A stretch of DNA of 64,000 bases, taken from NCBI GenBank assembly GCA_964016885.1, contig OZ024741.1, positions 177,940,001-178,004,000 on the forward strand, in the 5' to 3' direction. The stretch comes from Eledone cirrhosa. Lineage: Eukaryota. The position numbers and the translations under genes were made by a program. Position 1 is the first letter of the stretch, and each line of letters starts with the position of its first letter. Below, piece after piece: positions 27,911 through 42,470 of this stretch. The notes below the pieces were generated by a model. It saw only the letters and a list, made by a program, of their open reading frames with translations, was not told the origin of the DNA and searched no databases.

Positions 27911-28244
27911 TTCAAGTGCAGGTAATTTTGAATTAGCTATAAATAAACAGAATATTTAACCTACAAGGTGGGTGAGGGGTTATGTTTGTTTCAAAGTGTG
28001 TAAAGTTAGTAATTCAAAGATTTCTGGAAATCAATATAAGTTAATCCCGTTTCTTCCACTTTCTCAGATCTTCACTTCACTGTAGGCTATAAATACCGAC
28101 AGATATTCAATCGCCATAGAGTGACAATAGACTTCTCTTGTACCAATAACATAAAAGCCAACATCACTGGTAAACGCAAAACCTTCCACTATACTATGCA
28201 GAAGGCCAGAGACATGCCCACCTCATAAACATACCAGTGGTTCT

Positions 28245-29340
28245 ATATCAAGCTGATGTGTTTAGGGTGGTTAAGGTTTTGGCTGGATGCCCTGCCAATC
28301 AAGGATAGTGATGCGATTGCAGAGGCTCTCCTTTTCAGGGGAAGTGGCTGCCGTCGTGTCTACAGCTTACTGTCTGCACATGAATATGGCCTCTCCTTCT
28401 CAACAGCGTTTCAAGCAACACCTTCCCGTGGCACCTCCTGTTTCTACAGAGTGTTTTGCCGGCGCCACCGCGTACTCAGTGGTATACTTGAGCGATGGGC
28501 AGGTTGGGCTCATATTAGCTAGCTTATGAGAAGGAAAACTGTGACTTCAAAGCCTCAGTGCTCCGGGATTGGCTTTTGGGCCAGATGTTAGGAGAAAAAT
28601 ACTCTGATGTAAAACCTACAGCCTGGCAGTCTCCCCAGTCGTCTCCGCATGCTGAGCCAATAGGGAAGGACTCCATGTCCTAAAGAGTAGGATAGGTTTG
28701 CTCACACTGACTCACATTTAAAAATCACCTAGCGCAGGCGGGAAGTAATTGTTGAATATTCCTACAGTGATGGAGAAGGGGTGAACCGACAAGGACTAGA
28801 TGGACTGGAAGTCTCAGTCTCAACTCCGTATCTAGGCGGCTCAGATGTAAGGGTCAGTTGCTTGCTGAACGAGACAACTGTAGCTTTCGACAGCACTCGG
28901 GTGGCCAAGTAGGTCTCAAAAGCGACGGCACTCTTACTCCACAAGTAGACGGACCTAGAGAAGGTGGTCTAAAATGCTTGTCTGAACCTTATCTGGTTGG
29001 ATCACCACGGCTAACAGACATCTTATTACAGCGGTAGAAGCAAGATGGTAATTAAAAAATGCGGGATTCTGACAACAAAAACTTCCCAGAGAGGCACTCT
29101 TCATTAGTAGCCTAGGAGCTGGACCTACTGAGCATTGACATTGTTGTCGTGAGCGAGGTTCGCCTGGCGGATCAGGGCTCCCTAGTGCAATGCGGTACAG
29201 GCTACACATTGTACTGGTCTGACAAGACCAAAGATGATCATACGTTGCCTGGAATTGCATAAGAAACTGCAGAAGTGACCTTCACTAACCAGAACCACCA
29301 AACTCGAGCTTGGACGTTTGTCAGAATGACTGACAGCTTG
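28245..29340 (+). mobile_element. 5' part of an RTE-clade LINE (5' UTR and start of APE)
   Basis: From 29089: ERHSSLVA*ELDLLSIDIVVVSEVRLADQGSLVQCGTGYTLYWS, matching the RTE APE N-terminus. Confidence 0.75.
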
Positions 29341-30800
29341 TTCAAAAGGTGGCACCTGAAACACGAAACAAGATTCAGATCCTGACAAAATAATGCCACA
29401 CATCTCGGGAAACAAAAAATAACATCACATGTTTCATTAAATGGAATACATTATAAGAGTCAAGCCTCTGTGTTAATGGGACAACATTCTGCAGGATATG
29501 TAAGTCGGGAAAGTGGAATTTACTCTCGCAATAGGTTTCATAGAAATACCGCTAATATACCCCCCCTCGCCTGCTTTAGTCGATGTCCACAGGCAGCAAA
29601 ATTGATTCTGAGAACATTTTATAGACCAGATTAACTGATTTTAACTTCATGGAATTTAATTTCTTTGAATTACTAACTTTGCGAAGCCATTCTTCGACAT
29701 GAGGAGGGTTGGATGAATACAGCGTCACTTTGAAAAATATCCTCATTCATATATTTTCTCCAATTATTGGTCAAGCCACAATATCAACAAAAACGACAAC
29801 TAAAAGAAATAATCCCAGGAAGAGCCACTCCTAAATTTCAGCACTATCGAAGACTTACTGAATGATAGGGTAACTAGTTCTTCACTTTTTGATTAAAATC
29901 CACCTCTTTGTCTGAATACGTTAAGAGACAAACTACAACAACCACCACAATTATCATCTCCATCTTCATCATGAACATCAACATCCTTTACTGCTATTAG
30001 TAGTAACATTACTACCACCTCAACTAATAATGAACCGCGTCTACATGTCCACCTCAATCCAAATATTTAGCCGATAGTATTACAAAAAAACTATAAAGCA
30101 GTATGCGCTCATCCACTCCACAGCACAAACAGGAAACCCCAACATATGCCGTTATTTATTACGATTGAGTCTGTGCACACGGAGTGAATGCATCATCACG
30201 TATCTATCTGGGACGAGACGCACAATTCATACGAACACTACCAGCCTGATTCAAATCATACCTCCCACAATAACATTAACACCACAAAATACTGAATCAC
30301 ATGATAAAACACGCGTAACACGAATCCTAAAATCTGCCAGTCCCTTTAATCATCTTCCAGGGACCCGATGCACTAATAGAAATGAGGCTCGAAGCCAACA
30401 TCTAACCCACAATAAAATAACCCTGTGCTGCAGTAATGCTGGGCCAGGCATTTTACAAAGATACAAAAACACCTCAAAGGTTTGAAGCTATAACCCTATC
30501 CAACAGTCAGCAACTGCTCCTTAAACATGAAAAATCTTCTTTAGTCAAAAGAGATAAAAAACCATCTAGCTATCACACAACACCAAACTTTGATATTACC
30601 CCAATGCACAAATTCCACCAATTACAGATGTGTAAATGAATTAGATGTTAGATAGATTCGGACTAATGTTTTTATTTGTTTTACTTTTGATTAAATAATT
30701 GTGAATGTGAATTAATCATGAAAGTGTTATTATAGCCACTCAAAAAGAAAAAAATAACACTTCATTTTAAATTTATCATATTTTTCATGGTGCCAAACGA

Positions 30801-30879
30801 TTTGTCAATTTCTTGTCAGTTTCTTGTCAGTTTCTTGTCAGTTTCTTGTCAGTTTCTTGTCAGTTTCTTGTCGGTTTCC
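30801..30879. repeat. 11-bp minisatellite (TTTCTTGTCAG), ~7 units
   Basis: Direct reading. Confidence 0.9.
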
Positions 30880-32571
30880 TGCACCCAAACTGTGTCAGTG
30901 ACCAGTTCGTAACAGTTAACAACAAATAATAAGACGAAAGAAAATGAAAAAGATTTTTAACATATATTCCGATAAACGTGTACAGCATTCACTTCATATA
31001 GGTTTTGCGTGTATATGTGTTTGTCAGCGTGCCAATATGCCACGATACTTTACACACATTAAATCATTCAAAGATAGTTTTCACCAAAAGTGTAAGCAAT
31101 CTGCTCTGAGGCTATAACACCAAATAGATTAACACTTTACTATATTCACTAAATAGTAGTTTGGATATGGGGAAATATTATTTGAACTGTATATTTTTAA
31201 ACCATTCATTCAACTATGGGTCACTAACACGATATAAACACGCTGCTCAAGCATCTGTATAATGCATATAAGTATGCGTTTGTATGTATATCCACATTTT
31301 CCAGTAGCATCTTAAAATGTCCGTAGTGATTGTATATGTATATATATACTGTTAGGATATATATGTCATAATAGTACAAACTATCGGATTATTGTGGATG
31401 GCAATATAACTTTTTTCTCCGAAGTGAATACATTTTCCTATAGATATATATCCTTATAGCTTCCACACCCCTTATTTTTTTACGCTTCATAGACCTTTCT
31501 CATCTATCTTCTTTTTTTCCCATTGAAACATGTCTGTTTCTCCCTTCTTGTATGTAAATGTCACAGTCTGAATTACTACACAATTGTTTATAAGTCTCTA
31601 ACTCGATTATTCTGTCTCAATGGTTTCAAAACTAAATTTTCTCTCCCAAGTATAATGTTACCTTTGTGTTGTAGCAAAAGCGGAACAGAAGAAACTGAAT
31701 AAATATACTTCTGAATTCTTACAACTTGCATCAGGACAAATCTGTTCCTTTGTTGCTTTTGAGTTGTACAAGATAATGACATTTTGCTTTAAATTCACGC
31801 TCCATTTACTTCTTTGGTTGGTAATGACAAATAATTAAAAGACTAACGTTTTCCATCATTCCGGTATGAAACCAGAATAGCAATGTGTGTATAGTATGTG
31901 AATATTGTGACAAACATGCCTCAGTTACTCCTTTAGCCTTTCAAATTTTCAGGACAAATCCATGGAAAATAAAATCATCGGGACAGCTTATATCATATTT
32001 GTTTTCAGAATAAGAAATTCTATTTAAAGTGTTGAGTAAAATATAAACCACTTGTGGCTAGTTTATTCCTGCTTTAAGGAGACCAGCGTGGTAAGTAATT
32101 TTCTTTCCTTTATTGGCTCGATTGTGTAAAGTTGGTTGAAATACAAAAAGGTAAGTGCAGAACTAACTATAAATATTATCCAGCTATATAAATTTCAAAA
32201 CAAAATACAAAATTGTTTAAAAAGAATCTGTTGATGACATATCGAAAAATCCTAAATGCTACTTGTCTGCATTCAGATTAATTTTCTATATAAAGTGATT
32301 CGCAATTTTGTATTTGTAGACGCAGGAACATCTTCATGTTTTCACTCTTAGTGATTATAAGCAAAAGTATGAGTAAACATTTCAAATACTTTATGACTAG
32401 AAATTTATTCACTGTGTTACGATGGTAACGGGTTTGATATATAGACTGACAAATTAATCAATCAGCCACCGTAACTTAAGAAATAACATGTATTGTTTCT
32501 ATTTATATTTTCGACATTTGAAACCTGTATTTTAGGCATGTCTTGGTTGTATTATGTAATTATATCGGTGG

Positions 32572-32762
32572 AGGGCGGTGAATTGGCAGTATCGGTAGAG
32601 GGTTGGACGCCATGCTTTGACGCATAGAGTTACGGCCCTTGCCATTCTGAGTTCAAATCCCGCCGAGGTTAACTTTGCCTTTCATCCTTATGGGGTCGAT
32701 AAAATAAAGTACCAGTAATGTACTGGATAATTGCTGGCCTTGTGCCAAAAGTAGAAACAATT
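32572..32762 (+). mobile_element. Full-length SINE with 18-bp target-site duplication
   Basis: ATTATGTAATTATATCGG at 32551-32568 and 32760-32777. Confidence 0.92.
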
Positions 32763-33873
32763 ATGTAATTATATCGGAGAGGGATTAATTTCAGTTTTCT
32801 ATTTAGAGATCACAGAAATTGTGATTATTTTAAAACTTAGTACATTTCAGATACTTTATCTAAAACACGAAGAAAAAATTAGCATGTGGAATAGAATTTC
32901 TAAATGTGGTGCCAAACTCTAAACCTTTATAAATTCCGAATTAAATTGTGCAACATCTTTATCTTTTCATAAAAATAATCAATTTTCAAACATTTTACAT
33001 GTTCTCTGAAGTCAACCTCTGATGTATGAAATTATACATATTAAATATGTATTTATTTACAAACTTTGATATTATTATCTTTAATAGTTGTTAATTATCT
33101 AAAATCATTAAAATAGTTCAAAACATTTATGAATTAGTTTTATCCACAGAGGAATTAGAAGTTGAAATTCTAACAAAATGTTCTCAAAAACGTTAAGATA
33201 ATTGACTCAAACATGAGTACATATTACCAGAAATACATTCAAGATATATCATTTCGATATGGATTGATGATTAATATGTACAACACAAGAATTTATCGTA
33301 AATATAATAAAAAAGAACAAGCGATTTAAATATTTTAACATTATATTGAGCGATCAAAGAACATTGCTGTAACATCATTTCTTGTGAAGCTTGAAGTAGG
33401 ATTTGAAATATTCTTCTTGGATAATTTAAAGTTAACTGATAACAATGTTCTGGAACGTATAGACATATTGATTACAGATTTTTGTGAAACTAGTCACTAT
33501 TTTAATGTCAATAACAAACAAGAGACGAATGTAGTTGCATTATTCAAAACATATATTATCACGTATACTAATAAAGGGATCTTCTTTACGCCCAGCACAT
33601 TATTTCTTCTCGGGGGAGTTAAGTGAATCGGAACCAGTGCTTGGCTGGTACTTAAAAATAATAATGAAATAAATTGCACAAGGCCAGAAACCTGAAGTGA
33701 AGGAAAACGTCGATTAAGTCGATCCCAGTGCGGTATAAGTACTATATGTTATCGACCACGTAAGGATAAAAGGCAACGAAATGTCAACTAACTTAGAACG
33801 TAAGGGGTAGTAAATAAATGCAGTAAAACGTTGTCCGAAACCATACCGATAGTACCTATCCACTGCAGTCAAC

Positions 33874-33947
<74 letters not shown>

Positions 33948-35733
33948 CGACACTCCCCCTCTCTCTCTCTCTTTCTCTCTCCGACACTCCATCTCTCTCA
34001 ATCCATGGAAAAGATAGGCAGTGTTCTGGAAGCGTCTTCAATATTCTCCACCACTTTTAAAATGCCATTGACTGATTATTTTTCACTTCGCTTCGCCCAC
34101 GTCTATCAGGTGTTCCGTATTCAAATATACACAACTAAATACCTGGTAATAAAATATTTTGCTAAAATAATCATCTGATTTAGCTAGTGTGTAAGTGTCT
34201 ACATAGGGTGATAATGTTTTTCGATGTAGCTAACTACTACGAACACTAATTCTTCATGCGTGTTTAGAATACCTGTGACGTCATGATATATCGGGCACTC
34301 AAGAATAATCTTCAAAGTATATGGGGGGAAAAAGTGTTTGCTATGAGTATTATTTAGATTTCATTAATTTCTTTAGGTGTACATGTGCTTTGCTTAATGA
34401 TAGACAAATTTAAATATTAGTTATTTAAATTTGCCCAAAAAAACAAACAAAAACCAGATGCAATTCTAAGAGCGTGCATCAGATCAGTAAAAAGAATTAA
34501 ACTTTAGAATGTTCTTATTTCAACGCAAAGAACTGGAACACAAGCTGCTAACAGCAGTAGTGATATGCGGCTACTGCAAAATATCAGATCTTCAAGTTAT
34601 TTCTATCTATATTATAGTAGCTTAACGTGTCACATCGTCATAATTCAACTGAAATAGAGGAGGCAATCCTCCCATACACGTTAAGGTATCATAATCAGAT
34701 GTGGCCTCGTGGTCAGGTGATTAGTGTAGCTCATCAATTGGACTTGAAGACCTTGGGAAAATTCTAAATGCTTTGAATAGACAAAGTCAGAACAGTTATT
34801 GCAAATTATCTCGTCCAGCCCTCTACCATATCCACCAATTTGCTACATCTGGACTGGTAATTTGTTGAACCAACTTGGAAAAGATGGTGTGCAAAGTCCA
34901 TTTCGATGGGGTTTGAAATCAGGGTGTAGAGATCTGGAGCAAAACTGCCGAATATTTAATTCAATGCCCTAACAATACTGGCTTCATAAAACTATGCTTC
35001 TTATCCAACACAATAGAACGATTGGGGAACTGAACAAGTGCGTGAAGATTACATTTAAATACGGATTAAAATCTAATACTTGTCAATTTGAAAAGGATAT
35101 TGTGTACTGGGAAGATACTAGTAAATGTCATCTATAATTCCGTGTGAGAATTCAGCAGCTTAGATTAAAAAATCTACTTTAATGTGGGAGATATTGTAAA
35201 GATACAAATCAGTGAGAATCCTTTAAGACATTCATCCCTCATTCGTTAAGATTTATTGTTTACTTCATTGTTTTCATTAAAAAATGTCTCAGTTTGTTTA
35301 GTATCGCATCGGTTTCAGCACGCATATATACCTAAACGCGAGCTTTGTTTTTCCCACAATTAATTTAATCTTTCTCTGGTCGAATTCGATTACCATATAC
35401 AATTATTTTTATTGTTCTTTTAGCTCTAGAAAAGAACTAGATCATATTTTACTAATAATTCATCAATATGTACTTATGTTTGCTTCGTTTATGTTTGAAA
35501 AACAAAAAAAACTTTGAAACCAATTTCAAGAGATGTTTGATAGTTTATCAGCAAAAACTAAAGTAAAAAAGGGAAAACAAGATACCAAGGTAACAGGGAG
35601 GGACACGAGGGAAATACCGTTTAGATAATGATTGAACATCTGGATAAATACTTAGGGCAAATTGTATATCACTAAATTGTGCATATTTGGAAAATGAGAT
35701 GTATATAATAACCATTATATCTTTAAAGAAAAT

Positions 35734-35922
35734 AGGGCGGTGGATTGGCACTATCGGTAGAGAGTCGGACGCCATGCTTTCCAGCATAGTTACGTCCCTT
35801 TACGTTCTGAGTTCAAATCCCGTCGAGGTTAACTTTGCCTTTCATCCTTATGGGGTCGATAAAATAAAGTACCAGTAATGTACTGGTGAATTGCTGGCCG
35901 TGTGCCAAAAGTGGAAATAATT
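35734..35922 (+). mobile_element. SINE with TSD
   Basis: Same family; flanks ATTATATCTTTAAAGAAA and ATTATATCGTTAAAGAAA. Confidence 0.9.
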
Positions 35923-36084
35923 ATATCGTTAAAGAAAATTAATTTACTTCATACAAACTCCGAGATTTAATATTTCAACAGATTATGATGTTTCGGGAGC
36001 AGGCCTTTTAATTAATTTGTGTATTATTTTAAATTAGAAAATGTAATTTTTTAGTTAAGATAATGACAGTTTATGAAATAATAA

Positions 36085-36260
36085 CTGTTTCTACTTTAGG
36101 CACAAGGCCAGCAATTATACAGTGCATTACTGGTACTTTATTTTATCGACCCCGTAAGGATGAAAGGCAAAGTCAACCTCGGCGGGATTTGAACTCAGAT
36201 CGTAAATGGACGTAACTATGCTGGAAAGCATGGCGTCCGACCCTCTACCGATACTGCCAA
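36085..36260 (-). mobile_element. SINE
   Basis: Same family, inverted relative to the 35734 copy. Confidence 0.9.
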
Positions 36261-36333
36261 GAGTAATAATAATAATAATGATAATGATGATGACGATGCT
36301 AATAATAATAATAATAATGATTTTATTTATTGG

Positions 36334-36709
<376 letters not shown>

Positions 36710-36840
36710 GTGAGGTTTTTTTTACAAAATGAAAAATAACCGAGGTGTCCTACACGAGTGAAAGTATAAAGAAAAAGAGATGAAATCGAAAATGCAACTG
36801 AAGTCTTACTTTTTTTTAAAATATATATATTTATTTGGTT

Positions 36841-36878
36841 CCTTTACCGGTTTCGCAGTTCTTCTGCTTTTCAAAAGG
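36841..36878 (-). ncRNA. Minimal hammerhead motif with U3-A8 core
   Basis: Minus strand CCTT-TTGAAAA-GCAG aagaa CTGC-GAAA-CCGG-TA-AAGG. Confidence 0.8.
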
Positions 36879-36922
36879 TGAGTTGAGATGGAGGGTCTGT
36901 GGTTTTTCTCACATCTCACGAT

Positions 36923-37136
36923 GTTCATCCCACATCACCAGTTCTGCTTACTAAAAGTGGCCCACTTGGCACCGTGCATTCGTCGCCTAGACGGCCGCCG
37001 CCTCCGATCGGGAGAGAGGGCGGCCCGTTTCGCCCGTTCCGAGTTCGAGAGTAGATCGAGGCCGTCAACGTCCCTGGGGCCTCCAGTCGTTCGCTTTACC
37101 GGACGGAATTGCGTGTCGTTCTGTCTGCTGCTGGCG

Positions 37137-37179
<43 letters not shown>

Positions 37180-37198
37180 CGGCTCGATTGGTCTTTCG
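36923..37198 (-). pseudogene. 28S rRNA fragment (retroposed pseudogene)
   Basis: Minus strand begins CGAAAGACCAATCGAGCCGTCTAGTAGCTGGTTCCCTCCGAAGTTTCCCTCAGGATAGC and ends GTGCCAAGTGGGCCACTTTTAGTAAGCAGAACTGGTGATGTGGGATGAAC, both conserved eukaryotic LSU blocks. Confidence 0.93.
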
Positions 37199-37785
37199 TG
37201 AGAAAAACCACAGACCCTCCATCTCAACTCACCTTTTGAAAAGCAGAAGAACTGCAAAACCGGTAAAGGAAGCAAATAAATATACATATTTAAAAAAAAA
37301 ATAAGACTTCAGTTGCATTTTCGATTTCATCTCTTTTTCTTTATATATATATATATATATATATATTTGTGTGTTTTTGATGGTAGCTAAGATGCTTCCA
37401 TAGGCAGTATGCTGGTTGAGCACTCTATTTTCTTACAGAGCAGCGTGTGATGTAATTTAAAACGGAAAATCAGTGATGCATCTGAACTCAATTTATTGTG
37501 TGTTACAATTGTTTCGCCGGCAGACAGCTTGAGACACGATCATTGTATGGATCTGCAGGTTCATCGGACACTTCCAATGACTTCGGATCAACTTTTCTTA
37601 CTGGGGTGTTACCGTCAAAAAAACATCCCCCTCTTCGATTGTCCTGCTATTGGCTGTTGTTTTTCTATGTCATCATACATTTTGATCAACAGGTACTGTC
37701 AAACTGACCATCAGCTGTCCTTTTTTTCTGCCACACTTCAATGAATCCCTGCTGTGTTTGGTAGTTCACACGTCCACGCGCGCAC

Positions 37786-37816
<31 letters not shown>

Positions 37817-38907
37817 CACTCACACACACGCAGACAATCATATAAATAACAACATCCGTACGCATATACATACGCTATACATACGCACCTAAAGAGAACC
37901 CATAACGCTATAGACATACGCGTCCACAGACGCCGCCTACATGCCCACGTACATCAACTCCCACGCACACGCACACAGGCGCACACACATGCATACACGT
38001 ATAACTACTCGTATACACGTACATACATATATATAGACACGCACATGCACATACACACACGTGTCCATATATACAGGCACAAAAACAGACTCGCTCGTAA
38101 ACACACATATATATGTATATATATATAGGAACGAGTAGGACCCCGACGGCTGAGCTCAAGCCGTTTCGACGGCTAATTCTGGACTAAATGAACATGTTTA
38201 TCCTGGTATATGAATAGCCGAGCTTCTCAGGGGGTAATTCCATATATGGAAAAAGTGATTGTCACAAGGATTGGTCAAAAGTTTGTTGTTGAGACACATA
38301 ATTCTATCATGGCAATTTGTGGAAGGAAGGGGTAGCTGAACCTGCCAGTAGAAGAAAGAGGGAGAAGGAGGGGAGGAAACCCAGCCGTACGTTGATAGTG
38401 CAAACCACAGCAGGATCTTCGGGGCAGCAGGTGAAGAAAGTATACTAGGCAGGGGGAGGAGGAGGAAGTAGAAACAGTAAGTAAATCAATATGGAGTAAA
38501 TATATAGAAGAATAATAAGAATGTTAAAATATAAAAAACAATTTCTTGATACTATTCCATTACCACCATCATCAAATCTCTCACTGGTACTGCTAAACTA
38601 TAGAGAAGTTTACTAGGTGTGTTGGAATTATAGTGAGAGAATTTTATGAGTTAGTAGTAATCCACCGAGTCTATCTCACAGTAATGGGTCAACAAGTAGG
38701 GGGCCAAAATACTAAAGAAACTACTACGAAATAATAATTCAGAGTCCCGAAACTAATACGAGATAATAATTCAGAATCCCGAAAAAGAAAACTAATACTA
38801 TATATAAGGGTGCCGCTACGATACAAAAATGCTAATACAAACTACATAGATGCTCGTACGATATATATGAAAAATTTGATACGGACAAATAATTTAGAAT
38901 CCCCCCC

Positions 38908-40490
38908 ACCGCCGATTTCGACCGTAAACCTTCTATCAGGCTTATAAACCCAACGAAGTCCGACATAGTGAGAATCAGCAAAAATATCCTAGACTTCGTT
39001 ATACCAAAAGTTAAGCAAAACGCCAGACTTAGCCTATGGGTCAACACCCAGGAAATAATCTCATGGTTCAGCAATATGGAGGACAAACGAGACACAAAAT
39101 TCATCCAGTTTGACATAGAGAGTTACTATGCTTCAATTACCCTACCGCTCCTTACGGCCGCCATAGACTTCGCCGAGACAGTTGCGCCCATTACTGACCA
39201 GGAAAGAAATATCATCCTCCACGCCAGGAAGACAGTCCTACTTTTCGACAACTCCAAATGGAATTAAGAGACCTCCTGACTCCCCCTTCGACGTCAGTAT
39301 GGGTGCGACGGATTCGGCTGAGGTCACAGATCTTATAGGATTATTCCTACTAGTTAAACTCACCGATATGTTTCCTGCATTCAGCGGTGGATTGTACCGT
39401 GATGATGGGCTCCTTACTCTTAAAGGGTACAACTCCAGTAGTACAGACTGGGTCTGTAAACAATTAACCAGCTTCTTCCGCGACTGGGGATTTAAAATAA
39501 CCCTACAAACGTCCCTGACCCGAGTAAACTTCCTCGAGGTCACCCTTGACCTCGATAATGACCTGTACTACCCATACAGGAAACCCAACGACAACCTGCA
39601 TTACATCCACCGCCGGTCAAACCATCCTAGAACATCACCAATAACCTGGTTAAAAACATCTCCCTCCGCATATCTCGTTTGTCCGTTAATGAGCAGATAT
39701 TCGAGGAACATGCGCCTTATTACAACCAGGCCCTCAAGCGGAGTGGATTCCGGGAGGAAAAATCCTACAGTCCAGCTTCCATTACCGGAACCAGCAGGCG
39801 ACACCGCCGCTCACGCAATGTTACATGGTTAAATCCTCCCCACAACGCCGAGGTGACAACACCTATCGGGAAAATCTTCTTTAGCCTCATCGAAAAACAC
39901 TTCCCACTACAAAACCACTACCACAACATAATCAACAAAAATACCATGAAACTCTCCTACAGCACCACACCTAACTCTGCACAAAACATCGTCTCCTCTA
40001 ACAACTAAAAACTCAACCCCTATGGAAGAAATAACCTTTTAGCAGTGGAGAGCCGACCAGTAGGTGCAACTCTCCTGATGGATCCATTTGCCCCCTCGAC
40101 AACAGATGCAGAGATCGTAATGTGATCTACCAGTGCAACGTGAGGACGGACACCTCCAACAAAGCTTATATAGGATTAACCCCATGTGACTTCAAGACCC
40201 GGCTATACCAACACAGACATACTTTCCGAAACCCGGCCCGGCGTCGCGCCACCACACTTTCGGGCCACATCTGGGACCTCAAAGATAATAATATTACCTA
40301 TGATCTCACTTGGAACTTACTGTCCAGAGCCAACTCTTACACGGGAGGACACCGTCCGTGAAATTTATGCTCGGAGGAAACTTTACAAATGCTGTTTTCG
40401 AAGGACCAACTCCTAAACAAGAAAGACGAACTGGTAACTGCATGCAAACACAGATTCCGTAGGATTTACCTCGCCCTCAAACCCCAGAAT
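38908..40490 (+). pseudogene. PLE RT + GIY-YIG endonuclease, frameshifted
   Basis: IRLINPTKSD, FIQFDIESYY, FDVSMGATD, GLYRDDGL, VNFLEVTL, YRKPND, CPLDNRC, IYQC..YIGLT, LLNKKDELVTACKHR. Confidence 0.9.
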
Positions 40491-41554
40491 GACTCGGGGG
40501 GGGGGGGGGGTAGACAAGGGCTGTAAAACCCCACTTGCCGACTTTGTAATGGGTAAACCCTGCTTGCAAAGGTAGACGTAAGATTTTCTCATATCTTTTT
40601 ATCGTTTCTTCTATATTTCCTTCTTCCCTCCCATCCCTTCTTAGTCCTTCCACCCCAGTTCTCCCTCTTTGTCGTCGTCCTTTTCACTTTCCCGCCCACC
40701 CTGAGGCAGCCCTTCAGTCCTTTGTAGCCTCAGTACCCCCACCTCCATCCCCTATTCTACGATACAATTGGCCGACTCCGCTTTATACAGCAGATGTGAT
40801 AGACCGCAGATATTTGCTTTCTTACCCGATGGCTGCCCTATTTCCTAGCTTTCTACTTCTTAGTGGTTTCTCTGATTTAGATTCTCGTATATCAGTATTT
40901 TTTTTTCGGGGGGGGGGGGGGGATTCTAAATTATTTGTCCGTATCAAATTTTTCATATATATCGTACGAGCATCTATGTAGTTTGTATTAGAATTTTTGT
41001 ATCGTAGCGGCACCCTTATATATAGTATTAGTTTTCTTTTTCGGGATTCTGAATTATTATTTCGTAGTAGTTTCTTTAGTATTTTGGCTCCCTACTTGTT
41101 GACCCGTCACTGTAAGATAGACTCGGTGGATTACTACTAACTCATAAAATTCTCTCACTATAATTCCAACACAACTAGTAAACTTCTCTATAGTTTAGCA
41201 GTACCAGTGAGAGATTGATGATGGTGGTAAGAGAATAGTAACCAGAAATTGTTTTTTATATTTTTAACATTCTTATTATTCTTCTATATATTTACTACAT
41301 ATTGAATTACTTACTGTTTCTACTTCCTCCTACTCCCCCTCCCTAGTATACTTTCTTCACCTCCTGCCCTTAGGATCCTGCTGTGTTGGCACTATCAACG
41401 CACGGCTGGGTTTCCTCCCCTCCCTATCCCTCTTTCTTCTACTGGCAGGTTCAGGTACCCCTTCCTCCCACAAATTGCCATGATAGAATTATGTGTCTCA
41501 ACAACAAACTTTTGACCAATCCTTGTGACAATCACTTTTTCCATATATGGAATT

Positions 41555-41650
41555 ACCCCCTGAGAAACTCGGCTATTCATATATCAGGATAAAAATGTTA
41601 ATTTAGTCCAGAATTGGCCGTCGAAACGGCTTGAGCTCAGCCGTCGGGGT
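41555..41650 (+). ncRNA. Hammerhead-like motif with atypical CUGAGAA core
   Basis: ACCCC-CTGAGAA-..CGGCTATTC..GAATTGGCCGTC-GAAA-CGGCTTGAGCTCAGCCG-TC-GGGGT; inverted copy at ~38140-38235. Confidence 0.65.
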
Positions 41651-41742
41651 CCTACTCGTTCCTATTACCCACTCTACTACCCTAAGTATTGAGTACTTTG
41701 GTGCGTTATGGTCCATCTGGTTCCTTACCACATTTCTATCGT

Positions 41743-41822
<80 letters not shown>

Positions 41823-42287
41823 TATACACACAAACAAGCCCTTACCCTACAATCGGTGCACGTACACACATACACACACACCGGCTCATATACACTCTTA
41901 CAAATATGCGCCTATTACCTATAGGCCCATGCACGTCTACAAAGATACATACATATATCTGTCTATACACAAATATGATATACCCACAAAGTCATATAAA
42001 GCTACACAATGGGTCATACAATGGGTCATACATGCAAGGATGTATCTTGTTATACACATGCACAAATATAAACAATATAACCATGCTCATACATCCATAC
42101 ACATACACATATATTTATACATATATACATATACACATACACACACATATATATATATATGTACATACACACATATACATACGCATATGCAAAAAAACCT
42201 ACAATATACTAAAATATACGTATAACGTCACACATTAAAGGATTATCTTGTTGTAAACATGCACATATATAAACATTATAACCATAT

Positions 42288-42470
42288 GGATTGGCAGTAT
42301 CGGTAGAAGGTCGGAGGCCATGCTTTCCAGCATAGTTACGTCCCTTTACGATCTGAGTTCAAATCCCGCCGAGGTTTACTTTGCCTTTCATCCTTACGGG
42401 GTCGATAAAATAAAGTACCAGTAATGTACTGGAAAAATTGCTGGCCTTGTGCCAAAAGTAGAAACAATTA
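42288..42470 (+). mobile_element. SINE with TSD ATTATAACCATAT
   Basis: Same family as the 12.5-kb SINE. Confidence 0.9.

Larger units (their letters stand above)
38125..41745 (+). mobile_element. 5'-truncated Penelope-like element (Nematis-like) with long inverted pLTR
   Basis: Inverted arms 38125-38907 and ~40916-41665; tail 41666-41745; (TA)n flanks; RT and GIY-YIG coding between the arms. Confidence 0.93.

Noticed and set aside
30801-30879. CRISPR-like repeat array
   Set aside because: Spacer-less 11-bp tandem repeat in eukaryotic DNA with no cas genes.
35734-36260. Inverted repeat resembling the fold-back elements
   Set aside because: Two independent SINE copies in opposite orientation; the first has its own TSD.
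36923-37198. Functional rRNA gene
   Set aside because: Only an isolated 276-bp fragment with no flanking rDNA.
37498-37537. Further hammerhead-like remnants (also ~24910-24965 and ~63415-63495, all minus strand)
   Set aside because: The core or stem I is too decayed to call; probably old pLTRs.
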